A stretch of 38,971 bases of DNA, from positions 1 to 38,971 of IMG/VR virus record IMGVR_UViG_3300045391_003815; one strand, 5' to 3'. Under the pieces are notes generated by a model that was not told the DNA's origin, did no database searches, and saw only the letters and a list, made by a program, of their open reading frames with translations. A program made the translations under genes and the position numbers. Position 1 is the stretch's first letter. Each line of letters opens with the position of its first letter. Positions 8,576-17,154 of the stretch are shown piece after piece. Source of the stretch: a virus.

Positions 8576-10795
8576 TTACTGTGGTGTTCCTGCGACGCCA
8601 CTGGCGAGCGGCGGCGCGTTCTGTCCGACTAATCGTGTGGGTCGGACAACTTCTCCCTGTTCTGCCTGCTGGCCAGCTACTGCTGAATCCTGCGCTTCTG
8701 GCGCTATGGGATCGCTCGCGGTGGGTACATCTCCACCAGCAGAGGCAGGCTCACCTTCAGCGTTGGCATTAGGTACAGGCATATCTATAGCGTAGAACAT
8801 TGGATAGTTAGGCAGCGTAGCGAGTTGCTGTAGGAAGGCAGGATTGGTTTTCGCCTTCTCCCACATGAGCATCTCGTGCGCCATGATGTGATCCTTGAAC
8901 GCCTGCTGCACTTCATTAGGCAGCGTCTTGTACATGTACTCCTGGGGCACACGGCTGTGGATCTTCCAGTGCTGGATATGGTTCTCGTACTCCTGTGGCT
9001 CGACAACGGGGCGGCTAGCCATCATGTCGTCGTTTTCCATCTCAGCGGCTCTGACCGCTACGGTAGCGGCGTCAGTAAAGCGCTTGCTCTGGCCTAGCTC
9101 CATCATGTCGATCACCTGCTCAGCCGGGATCGCATTCGGGTAGTTCTTTTGTAGGTAAACAAGGGTCTGGATGCGAGCAGTCTTGCTGCGGGGCAGCGCG
9201 CTGGCATTAGAGGCTCTGACATCGTAGTCCTTCTGGAAGTCAGAGATATCTAGCGCCACCGACATCCAGCGGTCGTATTTGCCCAGGATACCAATAGTGC
9301 GGCTGTCGCTGGGCTCGTACTTAGACCCGGCAATCATCTGGCTCTTGAGGGCTACACGGCGATTAAACTCGTTGAAGACCACATAGTCTGGCGAGTCACG
9401 CTTATTCTCTTGTTCCTCTAAAAACTGCAGCGCGATGCCAGCGTCAATACCAGGAGGAGGATTGCCCCGCGATACACCGAAGACACCACCAACCTGCTCC
9501 GCATCACCCTTAAGCTCTTTTCTAAAATTGAAGAGTTCTGCTGGTGTGGGGTTAGCCTGTGCGAGATTCGGGGCAACAGGCCCTCTGAATTGGACGACGG
9601 TGACATCATTTCCTAGTTCTTCTAGATCAGCGCTACCAGCTGGCAGCATCCATTTCGGATGGGAGACCAGATACTGGTTTCTAAGGATCATATTAGTGAC
9701 GTTGTTGTAGGCGCCAAGGGGCCCTTTGATATGATCGATGAAAGAGGTGGCATGCGTCTCCATGGGTAGCTTGATATCTACCAGTCGCTCACAAGGCAGC
9801 TCTTTCTTTAGCCCAGTCTTCTCAAAGTAGTCCTGATTGTCACAAATAACGTCCTGGGTGAAGGCCAGGTAGCGGCCCTTGTCCATCCCAAGGCATTGTC
9901 TATAGAACATCTCGACAACGCAGACCTCATTCTTGCTAGCGCGCATTTCCTGGGTCTCGTAGTCATAAATCTGTGTCTGCTTAGAGGGCTGGATCAATTT
10001 CACGTCGCATTTGCCCTGATACTTGAGCCGGGCCTCCTCAACGTGCATCCAGTTCATCCGGTAGCAGTAGTCTATCTTCTTCCAGAGCGGTTTACGCTGC
10101 AGCAAGACGTTCAGTGTGACTTCTGGCTCGTACTCGATGTCGCCAACCATCACAGGCTTCTCAATCCAGCGCGGATTGCCATTGTCATCCTGCAGCTGGT
10201 CGCCATTCTCATCCAGCAGAGGGATTTTCTCGCCATGCTTTCTGTTCCTGGAGTCTGGATGCTCCGGGCCCATATCAGGGTTCCAAATCTGGAAGAGATA
10301 CGACTCGCCCATGATTTTGGCCCAGTTTACTAGGTCTGGGACCTGGTCTGACTCGTACTTGTTGATGTACCAGAGGTGCTCGACGAACATATCCATCATC
10401 TGAGCAGAAATAGTGTCGGAATAGTCAGTATTGGTGGCATTGAAAGTCACGCCAGGCTTGTATTCTAAGAGCCGGCTGATTCTTTGCTGCACCAGGTCGA
10501 AAAGGTGGTTAACTACGATCTTGCTGACCTGTTTGTACTTGCTGCGACCCGTCTGACGGTCTACATCCCGTTTTTCCTGGGTGTAGTATTGGACGCCCTT
10601 GTACAAGAGCATGTTCTTTCGAATCTTGGCAAAGCGGTTGCGGCTCATGGAGAGCAGGTAGTTGAAGTCGGCGTTCAGCCAGGCTAGGACTTCCTTCTGC
10701 TTATCAGCGTGGTCAACGTCCAGCATCCATAGTGGCTTGTCATTCTCGGTGCTAGAGCCTTGGACTTCGAGATCGTCAAAATTGAACGCGTCCAT
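8576..10795 (-). CDS. Portal protein (739 aa)
   Basis: Large ORF downstream of the terminase gene and upstream of scaffold and capsid; GGGAG RBS; disordered acidic C-terminal tail. Confidence 0.8.
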   Translation of the reverse strand: MDAFNFDDLEVQGSSTENDKPLWMLDVDHADKQKEVLAWLNADFNYLLSMSRNRFAKIRKNMLLYKGVQYYTQEKRDVDRQTGRSKYKQVSKIVVNHLFDLVQQRISRLLEYKPGVTFNATNTDYSDTISAQMMDMFVEHLWYINKYESDQVPDLVNWAKIMGESYLFQIWNPDMGPEHPDSRNRKHGEKIPLLDENGDQLQDDNGNPRWIEKPVMVGDIEYEPEVTLNVLLQRKPLWKKIDYCYRMNWMHVEEARLKYQGKCDVKLIQPSKQTQIYDYETQEMRASKNEVCVVEMFYRQCLGMDKGRYLAFTQDVICDNQDYFEKTGLKKELPCERLVDIKLPMETHATSFIDHIKGPLGAYNNVTNMILRNQYLVSHPKWMLPAGSADLEELGNDVTVVQFRGPVAPNLAQANPTPAELFNFRKELKGDAEQVGGVFGVSRGNPPPGIDAGIALQFLEEQENKRDSPDYVVFNEFNRRVALKSQMIAGSKYEPSDSRTIGILGKYDRWMSVALDISDFQKDYDVRASNASALPRSKTARIQTLVYLQKNYPNAIPAEQVIDMMELGQSKRFTDAATVAVRAAEMENDDMMASRPVVEPQEYENHIQHWKIHSRVPQEYMYKTLPNEVQQAFKDHIMAHEMLMWEKAKTNPAFLQQLATLPNYPMFYAIDMPVPNANAEGEPASAGGDVPTASDPIAPEAQDSAVAGQQAEQGEVVRPTRLVGQNAPPLASGVAGTPQ

Positions 10796-10805
10796 TCAGT
10801 CTCCC

Positions 10806-11057
10806 TTATGCGATATTGTCTAGGTCGCCCATCATGTCAGTTTCTAATGCCTGCCTGAGCCGCTGGTTCACCTGCTTAAACTCCTGGACACCCTCTTCGC
10901 TGGTATCAGGGTTAAAAATGGTGAATTTATGCGTGGATTTTTCCATAGCGGTCAGTTTAATCCACAGCTTAGCATTCGAGACGCAGAGTATCACAGTTGT
11001 CACGCCCAAGCACAGAAGCAGGATGCCAAACGTCAATAGTACATACATCATATTCAT
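10806..11057 (-). CDS. Small membrane protein (83 aa) between terminase and portal
   Basis: N-terminal TM helix MYVLLTFGILLLCLGVTTVILCV; start overlaps the TerL stop by 4 nt. Confidence 0.55.
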   Translation of the reverse strand: MNMMYVLLTFGILLLCLGVTTVILCVSNAKLWIKLTAMEKSTHKFTIFNPDTSEEGVQEFKQVNQRLRQALETDMMGDLDNIA

Positions 11058-12439
11058 ATCTCCCTATAGTCACCCATGTTGGGGCAGCTGGGGCTACCCA
11101 ATTCGTCCATCATTCTCACACTGCGGAAGTTCTCATCGTCCTCTTCGCGGTACTCCCTGGTCTCCTCGAGCTGATAGTTCTGCGAGCCCAGTATGTACCT
11201 GAAGTCATCAATCAAATGGTCGTTCTTCTTGGGGATATTCCCGTTTTTATCCTTGAAATAGTTGTCTAGCTCCCAGAAGAACTTAACGCAGCGGTCAGAC
11301 ACCACCAGCTTCTGCTGGAGCATGATGTCTTTCATCAGGGTTAACCCCTCGCTCTTGTCATGGAGGTGCTTGTGGCTAGGCTCTAACCCCTCTTCAAAGT
11401 GGTCGTAGAACTCCTTTGCAAACCAGCTGGCCTGCTCGTCATACCCTTGGCGCCACTTGCGATCCCACAGCTCTTCTCGCTTATCCAGGGCACGCTGACC
11501 TATCTTCTTCACGGTCATCTGCGCCTGGTCAGTCTCATAGATCTCATCTAGCACATAGATCATCTTGGTAAAGGGATCTATGGCCACAAACAGTACAGCG
11601 AAGCAGCTGGAGGAAGCAGGATCTGCCCACCACACGAACATCAGCTTCTTCATCTTCTTCTTTAGGCTGGACATTATCTCTTCATGTGGCTTGACGAAGT
11701 CTTTAGAGAACATCGGGAAGATCTTCTGGCTGCCACCTGGCACAAACTTAGCTGCGTACTCACGCTCCCACGTGTCACCCTCGCCACGGAGGTAAAGGCG
11801 TCTCTTCTCATCCCAGAGCCAGTTGCGATCGACTGCAGGGTTCTGCCAGGTAGGCGCCTGGTAGAAGAGTTTGCCGGGCGTATTCCTATGCTCCTCTGCG
11901 GTTGCAGTGAATTCGCACTCGCGATCTGGTGGCGTACCCAGGAACAGCTCAGGGGCGTTAAAGACCGATAGGTTGGGTCGCATAATATTGCGAAACCTGG
12001 GGTCGTGGTCCTTGTACTCCTCATAGACTAGGATGCCAGGGCGGGTACCGCGATGTGCCTCAAAGTTATCGCTGCCATCTAGCTTGAGATAGCTACCGTT
12101 GATCAGCCGGATACGAGTCTCTGACTGATTCACGTCAGCAACCCAGTGCCTAGGGCCAAAGTTCAGGAGTCGAGGGTCTTCCCAGACGATCTTCTTACCC
12201 TGCTTTAGCTGTGGTGCTACATAGAAGCAGCCGATTCCAGGGAACGTCATCGCCCAGCGCCAGAGGCAGTAAATACCAAACTCAGTCTTACCCCACTTAC
12301 GGCCACACTGGACAAAGATGCTACGGATATCGTCAGAAAAGAGCGCGCTGCCGACATCTATCTGGCCAGGATGTGGCTTAAAGCGAGCGTGAAGCTCCTT
12401 CAGCACTGTGGCGTAGATGGCGGCAGCGTCTCTATTCAT
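11054..12439 (-). CDS. terL: Terminase large subunit (461 aa)
   Basis: Walker A-like CGRKWGKTEF, Walker B-like GILVYEEY, and nuclease-domain motif NDHLIDDFRYILG near the C-terminus. Confidence 0.92.
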   Translation of the reverse strand: MNRDAAAIYATVLKELHARFKPHPGQIDVGSALFSDDIRSIFVQCGRKWGKTEFGIYCLWRWAMTFPGIGCFYVAPQLKQGKKIVWEDPRLLNFGPRHWVADVNQSETRIRLINGSYLKLDGSDNFEAHRGTRPGILVYEEYKDHDPRFRNIMRPNLSVFNAPELFLGTPPDRECEFTATAEEHRNTPGKLFYQAPTWQNPAVDRNWLWDEKRRLYLRGEGDTWEREYAAKFVPGGSQKIFPMFSKDFVKPHEEIMSSLKKKMKKLMFVWWADPASSSCFAVLFVAIDPFTKMIYVLDEIYETDQAQMTVKKIGQRALDKREELWDRKWRQGYDEQASWFAKEFYDHFEEGLEPSHKHLHDKSEGLTLMKDIMLQQKLVVSDRCVKFFWELDNYFKDKNGNIPKKNDHLIDDFRYILGSQNYQLEETREYREEDDENFRSVRMMDELGSPSCPNMGDYREI

Positions 12440-12780
12440 TATCCGACGTGATTGGTCTCAGGGATTTGAGGTTTGTTCATGGCAATCTGGTAGCCCATAC
12501 GGATCACTTCATGCAGTGCATCGCGCTGCGACTCTACTATGAGAACGAGGCGGCGACTTATCTCAAGCTCTTTTTGCTGGATATCGATTTGCTTCTTAAG
12601 GAGGTCAATTGTCTGGGCTTGCTGCCTCCTGGTCCTCTCCAGGTCGTTGAGATTCGCCTCCATTTTCTCCACTACGCTCCAGGGCACTGAGGGCCTCCCG
12701 TCCGGCAGGTATGCCCCCTGAGGGTAGCACGTCTGGAAAGGGGTCTCCGCTTGTCGGCTGCTGCTCGCGTCGTCCTGCAC
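12439..12780 (-). CDS. Small coiled-coil protein coupled to terL (113 aa, or 74 aa from the internal ATG at 12663)
   Basis: Its TAA overlaps the terL ATG (TAATG). The helical heptad-like sequence is LERTRRQQAQTIDLLKKQIDIQQKELE. The 5' part overlaps the TerS-like ORF out of frame. Confidence 0.45.
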   Translation of the reverse strand: MQDDASSSRQAETPFQTCYPQGAYLPDGRPSVPWSVVEKMEANLNDLERTRRQQAQTIDLLKKQIDIQQKELEISRRLVLIVESQRDALHEVIRMGYQIAMNKPQIPETNHVG

Positions 12781-13312
12781 TGATTAGCTCCTTTACGGTC
12801 TTAGGCTCCCTGCGGAAGTAGTCACTTTCGATGACGTTCTTCATCTCCTGCAGGGAAAGGTTTGATAATCCTAGTATCTCTGTGGGCTTCTCTGCTGAGA
12901 GCCTGAATAACTTATCAACTTTTGTGATGATATCGGTAACACGCTGCGCATCCTCAAGGTCTAGTACCGAATTCTTGAGCGCCTCGAGGGAGTCCGCAAT
13001 GAGCGGTAAGCTGGCCCTATAGATTCGGTGCAGCTCACGTTTATTGGTATCAGCCAGCTCTTGGACAAGCTCTTCCTCACGCTTCTGGCGCTGGTGCTTC
13101 CACGTCTTTTCCTCAGGCATGTCCTGCCTGTCGGCGCGCTGCCTATACCCATGAACCCAGTGATGTATCGTCGAGGCCGATAACCCTGTCTCGTCTGCAA
13201 TTTTGCTGATCGAGTAATACTCAAAGTAGAGCGCCTTAGCTTTGGCCTTTAGGTGTGCTGGGACTCGTCTCGTGTGAATCTTTCCCTTCTTCTCTGTCGG
13301 CGAGTCTGACAA
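12605..13312 (-). CDS. Terminase small subunit-like HTH protein (235 aa)
   Basis: N-terminal HTH (YFEYYSISKIADETGLSASTIHHWVHG); sits immediately upstream of terL; low-complexity C-terminal tail. Confidence 0.6.
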   Translation of the reverse strand: MSDSPTEKKGKIHTRRVPAHLKAKAKALYFEYYSISKIADETGLSASTIHHWVHGYRQRADRQDMPEEKTWKHQRQKREEELVQELADTNKRELHRIYRASLPLIADSLEALKNSVLDLEDAQRVTDIITKVDKLFRLSAEKPTEILGLSNLSLQEMKNVIESDYFRREPKTVKELISAGRREQQPTSGDPFPDVLPSGGIPAGREALSALERSGENGGESQRPGEDQEAASPDN

Positions 13313-13565
13313 AGTGAACCTCCAGTTGTTTCTTATCTAGCTTCATTCCCTGGGCTGTCATCACCTCAGCAATGACATCGAAGTTCTCTTTAGTCTGCAG
13401 AGTCCGAGCGACTTCCTCAGTCTTATGTGCAGGACAGACAGTGAGGGGCGTCTCCAAGATCATTGGAAACGCGCCCCCCTGAAAAGGCTTTACCACGATG
13501 ACTGCCCGGTGGGTTACCCCGCCCAGGCAGTTCTTGGTCTTACATAGTGCCTTGCTAGTAGCCAC
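13236..13565 (-). CDS. Hypothetical protein (109 aa), start uncertain
   Basis: ORF with a GTG start and no clear RBS; 77-nt overlap with the TerS-like ORF. Confidence 0.45.
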   Translation of the reverse strand: MATSKALCKTKNCLGGVTHRAVIVVKPFQGGAFPMILETPLTVCPAHKTEEVARTLQTKENFDVIAEVMTAQGMKLDKKQLEVHFVRLADREEGKDSHETSPSTPKGQS

Positions 13566-13567
13566 TT

Positions 13568-13909
13568 TTATTCGGTCACTTCTACGAGCTGGCCAGCCAC
13601 TACCTTCTTAACACTGACCTTCACGGTAGATGTGGCTTTGCCACACTGGCTCGTGGTTTCGACAGTGTAGACCGTGGTCTTCTTGGGACAGGCCAAGGTC
13701 TGGGCTGTATGTGGACTCTCCAGGCCCGTCGTGGGCGTCCAAGAATAGGTCTGGCCGGCGAGCATTGGCGTACCAATCTGCACGCAGCGCTTGCTATCCT
13801 CGGGCTGCGGCGTAGGCGTGGGAGGCTTGGGCCCCACATCGCTTCCACAGCGAACTACCGTAAAGCAGGCAATCACCACAAAGGCAGTAAGAAAAAAGAA
13901 TGTTCGCAT
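13568..13909 (-). CDS. Exported Ig-like/PKD-like single-domain protein (113 aa)
   Basis: Signal peptide with a possible lipobox (FVVIAC). Motif C-x-x-IG...YSWTPTTGL...TTVYTVETTSQCG...VKVSV is typical of secreted beta-sandwich repeats. GGAG RBS 7 nt upstream. Confidence 0.65.
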   Translation of the reverse strand: MRTFFFLTAFVVIACFTVVRCGSDVGPKPPTPTPQPEDSKRCVQIGTPMLAGQTYSWTPTTGLESPHTAQTLACPKKTTVYTVETTSQCGKATSTVKVSVKKVVAGQLVEVTE

Positions 13910-13919
13910 TGGGTTCTCC

Positions 13920-14828
13920 TTAGTTCACAATGATCATTTGGTCTGGGCCTGCATCAGCTTTAGGCTGCGGGGCACATTCCGCTTTATAGTCGATAAAGGC
14001 CGCTTCAGTGATGACATTGCCACCAGTGAATTTGTCGCCGAGTAAGTAGTAGCCCCAGCCAGCGTCACCCCACGACGTTCCCCAGGAGTTCTTGATGATC
14101 GCGTAGTCGCCAGCCTTGTGGCCGTGCTTCTCACCGCGTAACCAGCCGAACATCGCGTAGCAGTGATTCGTCGCGCCACCGCCGTTGTGCTCTACCCAGC
14201 CGCCATTTCCCAGCGCCGAGGCAGCGCCACAGACTTCGAGCGGACCATGCTCCATCAGAGCGCGCTTGATATCAGCCCAGCTCAGGTTGATAGTGCCGGT
14301 CTTCTCCGCTTTCTCGTGGTAGGGTCCGGTGTACTTGCATCTTTGCGTGACGCCTTTGTACGGATACTCAGACTCGTACACAGCGCCCAGCTTATGGAAC
14401 ACATCCACAGAGATATAGCCACCATTGCACGATCCGAAGCCAGAGCAATCGATGACAAACTGAGGAGACACGTTGATCTTGCTGTTGTCTCTCAGCGCTA
14501 CGACACCTTCCATGGCAGACTTAGCGCCTTGAGCCCAGCAGTCACCGCATTGTTGCTCAAACACTTTGCCAGCCAGGTTGCGGTAGTCGAGTTCCTCGGG
14601 CGGCTCCTCACCAGCGTGGGCGCCCAGGTCAGACGGGAAGAAGTAGGTCGTCTGGCCAGTCTCAGACTTCAGGGGCTTATAGCCAGTGTGGTACTTCTTG
14701 CCATTGATTTCGACGATATCGTACCCGAGCTTCTCATCTCGGTAGACTCTGCTCTCAGCGCGGCACAAGCCGGACTGCAGCAGCAGTAAGAAAAGCAAAC
14801 TACGCAGTATCATTTGATGTCCTTTCAT
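13920..14828 (-). CDS. Secreted papain-family (C1) cysteine protease (302 aa)
   Basis: Signal peptide ILRSLLFLLLLQSGLCRA. Catalytic motifs QQCGDCWAQG (Cys), NHCYAMFGW (His) and IIKNSWGTSWGDAGWGY (Asn/Trp). Confidence 0.85.
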   Translation of the reverse strand: MKGHQMILRSLLFLLLLQSGLCRAESRVYRDEKLGYDIVEINGKKYHTGYKPLKSETGQTTYFFPSDLGAHAGEEPPEELDYRNLAGKVFEQQCGDCWAQGAKSAMEGVVALRDNSKINVSPQFVIDCSGFGSCNGGYISVDVFHKLGAVYESEYPYKGVTQRCKYTGPYHEKAEKTGTINLSWADIKRALMEHGPLEVCGAASALGNGGWVEHNGGGATNHCYAMFGWLRGEKHGHKAGDYAIIKNSWGTSWGDAGWGYYLLGDKFTGGNVITEAAFIDYKAECAPQPKADAGPDQMIIVN

Positions 14829-15217
14829 TAAAATTCCGTTGGAAGAATTGGGGTTGGTTCCTCACCCTGCTCCTTGTCTTTGATCGCATTCTTGATGTCA
14901 GCCAGGCTGTCTTCAAGGGTGACCAAAGCTTTAGTAGGGACCACGGTGCTATCGTTGCACAGCCTCTTGGCTTTCTTGATAGCGCCCACACATACCTTAA
15001 CGAGGTATACGAGACGCGACTCCTGCGGCCTGATATTCCACTGTACTACTGCGGACTCGAGGTTAGATCCATCAGGACCTATGGTATTACAGCACTCGCA
15101 CTGGATGCCGTAGCAGTCAGCCATGTCTACGACGCCAGTCTCCTGCTCTCCGCAGAAGGGGCAGGGCAACAGTGTGAGTCCGCGAGGAATTTCATAGACG
15201 CGTTTGACTGGGCTCAC
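14828..15217 (-). CDS. Lar-family (restriction-alleviation-like) zinc-ribbon protein with C-terminal extension (129 aa)
   Basis: LLPCPFCGEQ...IQCECCNTIGP...ESAVVQWNIRP matches the Lar zinc-ribbon pattern; 4-nt overlap upstream and 1-nt overlap downstream. Confidence 0.7.
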   Translation of the reverse strand: MSPVKRVYEIPRGLTLLPCPFCGEQETGVVDMADCYGIQCECCNTIGPDGSNLESAVVQWNIRPQESRLVYLVKVCVGAIKKAKRLCNDSTVVPTKALVTLEDSLADIKNAIKDKEQGEEPTPILPTEF

Positions 15218-15579
15218 TCTAGTTCCTCCAGGAACGCCCTAACGATACCCAGGAACACGTGGTCCTTGAGGCGTTCTTTGCTATTTAGCTGTTCATAAGG
15301 GACCAGACACGGGTGGGTCTTTGCTAGTAGATCCTTAGGGCCCACTGTCCAGCCGTCTTGTATCTTGCTGGCCATCCAGACTTCATGCAGCTGCTCAGCT
15401 GTGATGTCGGGTTTAGCCAGCACCAAGGATACACCAACGATGGCACTATTCTTAACCTCGAAGGGCGCCGAGTCCCACTCAGGCTGCATATCGACAGTAC
15501 CCCAGGCCCTAGCCCACTCGCGATTAGCGGCGTGGCACAGCCTGGCGATAGCTTCGATCAATTCGGGAGAGATCTTCAC
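15214..15579 (-). CDS. RyR-domain protein (121 aa)
   Basis: HEVWMASKIQDGWTVGPKDLLAKTHPCLVPYEQLNSKERLKD matches the bacterial/phage RyR-domain signature. Confidence 0.75.
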   Translation of the reverse strand: MKISPELIEAIARLCHAANREWARAWGTVDMQPEWDSAPFEVKNSAIVGVSLVLAKPDITAEQLHEVWMASKIQDGWTVGPKDLLAKTHPCLVPYEQLNSKERLKDHVFLGIVRAFLEELE

Positions 15580-16292
15580 TCACACACCGTCTGCAACGCA
15601 GTCTTGATTCCTTCTTGGATCGTAGCCTGCTCAGTTTGACTCCACTGTCCCACGGTCTTCGCCACGATATCACCATGGCAGTTCAGCACGTAAGTAGACG
15701 GGTAGCTAGTGGTGCCCAGCTTCTTGACCAGTTGCCGCTGGCTGTCTTTCAACACCGGATGATTCGGATGGTGCTTAGCAATCCAGTTAGAGTAGTCGCT
15801 GTCGTTACGGTCGATACCAACATCCAACACGACGACACGGGAGTTATCCTTGTAGCTGTCAGCGAGCGCTGCCACAGCAGGAGCATTCATGTTGCAGTAG
15901 GGGCAGGTATTGAAATACGCCTCCACTACCACAACTCCATTCTTGATGCTGTCGGTAGAAAAGACAGTGCCAGGCTGCTCAGCATTCATCTGCGGCAGCG
16001 AGACCGGCAGGATGCCAGAGAAGCGGTCAGGGATAATGACGCAGGAGCAGACCTGATCCAGTTTGCGGCACTGAGACGACTCAACACCCTTGGCATTTTT
16101 ACTGTGTCCCATCGACATGTAGTCCTTAGGACACATCGTTCCTTCAAACCATTCCGGGTCACCAAACTTCACCTTGCAGCTGCAGTCTTCAGTGACCGTA
16201 GGCTCAGTGCTAGAGGCACCAGCATCCGTACAGCCCGCACACATCAATAGGGCTAGAACTCCGAAACAGATCGCATAAATCAATCGAATCAT
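15576..16292 (-). CDS. Exported thioredoxin-fold (TlpA/redoxin-like) protein, probable lipoprotein (238 aa)
   Basis: Signal peptide ending LLMCAGC; Cys-rich linker; CPYC active site in VVVVEAYFNTCPYCNMNAP; AAGGAG RBS. Confidence 0.75.
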   Translation of the reverse strand: MIRLIYAICFGVLALLMCAGCTDAGASSTEPTVTEDCSCKVKFGDPEWFEGTMCPKDYMSMGHSKNAKGVESSQCRKLDQVCSCVIIPDRFSGILPVSLPQMNAEQPGTVFSTDSIKNGVVVVEAYFNTCPYCNMNAPAVAALADSYKDNSRVVVLDVGIDRNDSDYSNWIAKHHPNHPVLKDSQRQLVKKLGTTSYPSTYVLNCHGDIVAKTVGQWSQTEQATIQEGIKTALQTVCE

Positions 16293-16327
16293 AAAAATTT
16301 CTCCTTTGAGCCGAACAGTAGAGCGTC

Positions 16328-16705
16328 TCAGGCAGTATTGTCATTAGGAAACTGAATAGTGCAGCGGCCCCAGAGTATATCCAGGGCAGCCTCCAGGCTA
16401 GGCCGGTAGGTGAATCGTAGCCACTCTGAGTCGTCTAAGTGCACGGCATGGCGATCCAGGTAGGCACCCCCAGTCTCAGTTCTCTGGACGTGTCCTTCGG
16501 ATCGGCAGGCGTCAGTGAAGGTCTGAACGTTGGTTTGGTGTGCCTTACCCCAGCGGGCTAGGCGCATACGAACACATTCACTGGCGATATCCTCGGCATC
16601 CTCGCAAGAGTAGCCTAGCTTCCGGGCACGTTGGAACATGGAACGTCTGAAGATCTCGAAATCGTAGGGCCGGTCAAAACCTTCGCCTTGGTGGCTTGAT
16701 GGCAT
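16328..16705 (-). CDS. Hypothetical protein with sigma-70 region-2-like segment (125 aa)
   Basis: FEIFRRSMFQRARKLGYSCEDAEDIASECVRMRL resembles ECF sigma region 2; no region-4 HTH recognised. Confidence 0.4.
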   Translation of the reverse strand: MPSSHQGEGFDRPYDFEIFRRSMFQRARKLGYSCEDAEDIASECVRMRLARWGKAHQTNVQTFTDACRSEGHVQRTETGGAYLDRHAVHLDDSEWLRFTYRPSLEAALDILWGRCTIQFPNDNTA

Positions 16706-16798
16706 TGTATAGGTCTACCAGTAACTCAGCGCATTTCCATAGGCCAAGTGGCGCTAATAGGAAGACACACACGTCGATGAGGGCAGAGTCGCAGAGCA

Positions 16799-16918
16799 TT
16801 AGGTGATGTCCTTGCACCAGCCGCACAGCCAGCCTAAAAGGCCGCGTAGGGTGAGGTTAGACATAGGGCGTTTGTGACGGCAGCGGGCACAGTAGCCCCA
16901 GATTTCTTTCGTCTCCAT
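16799..16918 (-). CDS. Small 4-Cys zinc-ribbon-like ORF (39 aa), below the ORF-track cutoff
   Basis: Encodes METKEIWGYCARCRHKRPMSNLTLRGLLGWLCGWCKDIT. GGGAGG sits 5 nt upstream of the ATG and overlaps the TAA of the upstream gene. Contains CxxC...CxxC. Confidence 0.45.
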   Translation of the reverse strand: METKEIWGYCARCRHKRPMSNLTLRGLLGWLCGWCKDIT

Positions 16919-16920
16919 TG

Positions 16921-17154
16921 TTACCTCCCAATTTTTTCCGGTAGTACCGTGATGCCCAATATGCTTGGCTCAGCCAAGTCAGCTGGGCTAAAGGTCATGT
17001 AGGACCGATTCAACTGGACGATGTCCATCATCAGGTAGTTGAAGGTCTTGCGCTTGAGCCGAATCTCGACGACTGGGTCTAGCTCGCCATATTCCTTGGC
17101 TAGTTCCCTGCTTAGGTTAGCCAAGGCGCTGATGATTTTGTCGCTTTCACGCAT
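16921..17154 (-). CDS. Hypothetical protein (77 aa)
   Basis: ORF on the coding strand after a 229-nt gap. Confidence 0.55.
   Translation of the reverse strand: MRESDKIISALANLSRELAKEYGELDPVVEIRLKRKTFNYLMMDIVQLNRSYMTFSPADLAEPSILGITVLPEKIGR

Noticed and set aside
8127-8795. 222-aa plus-strand ORF antisense to the scaffold and portal genes. Similar long antisense ORFs occur at 14163..14789, 15615..16250, 24502..25038, 30476..31191 and 33591..33977.
   Set aside because: They lie opposite well-supported genes, have Ser/Leu/Ala/Pro-rich low-complexity translations, and have no RBS or coupling to neighbours. They are best explained as shadow ORFs.
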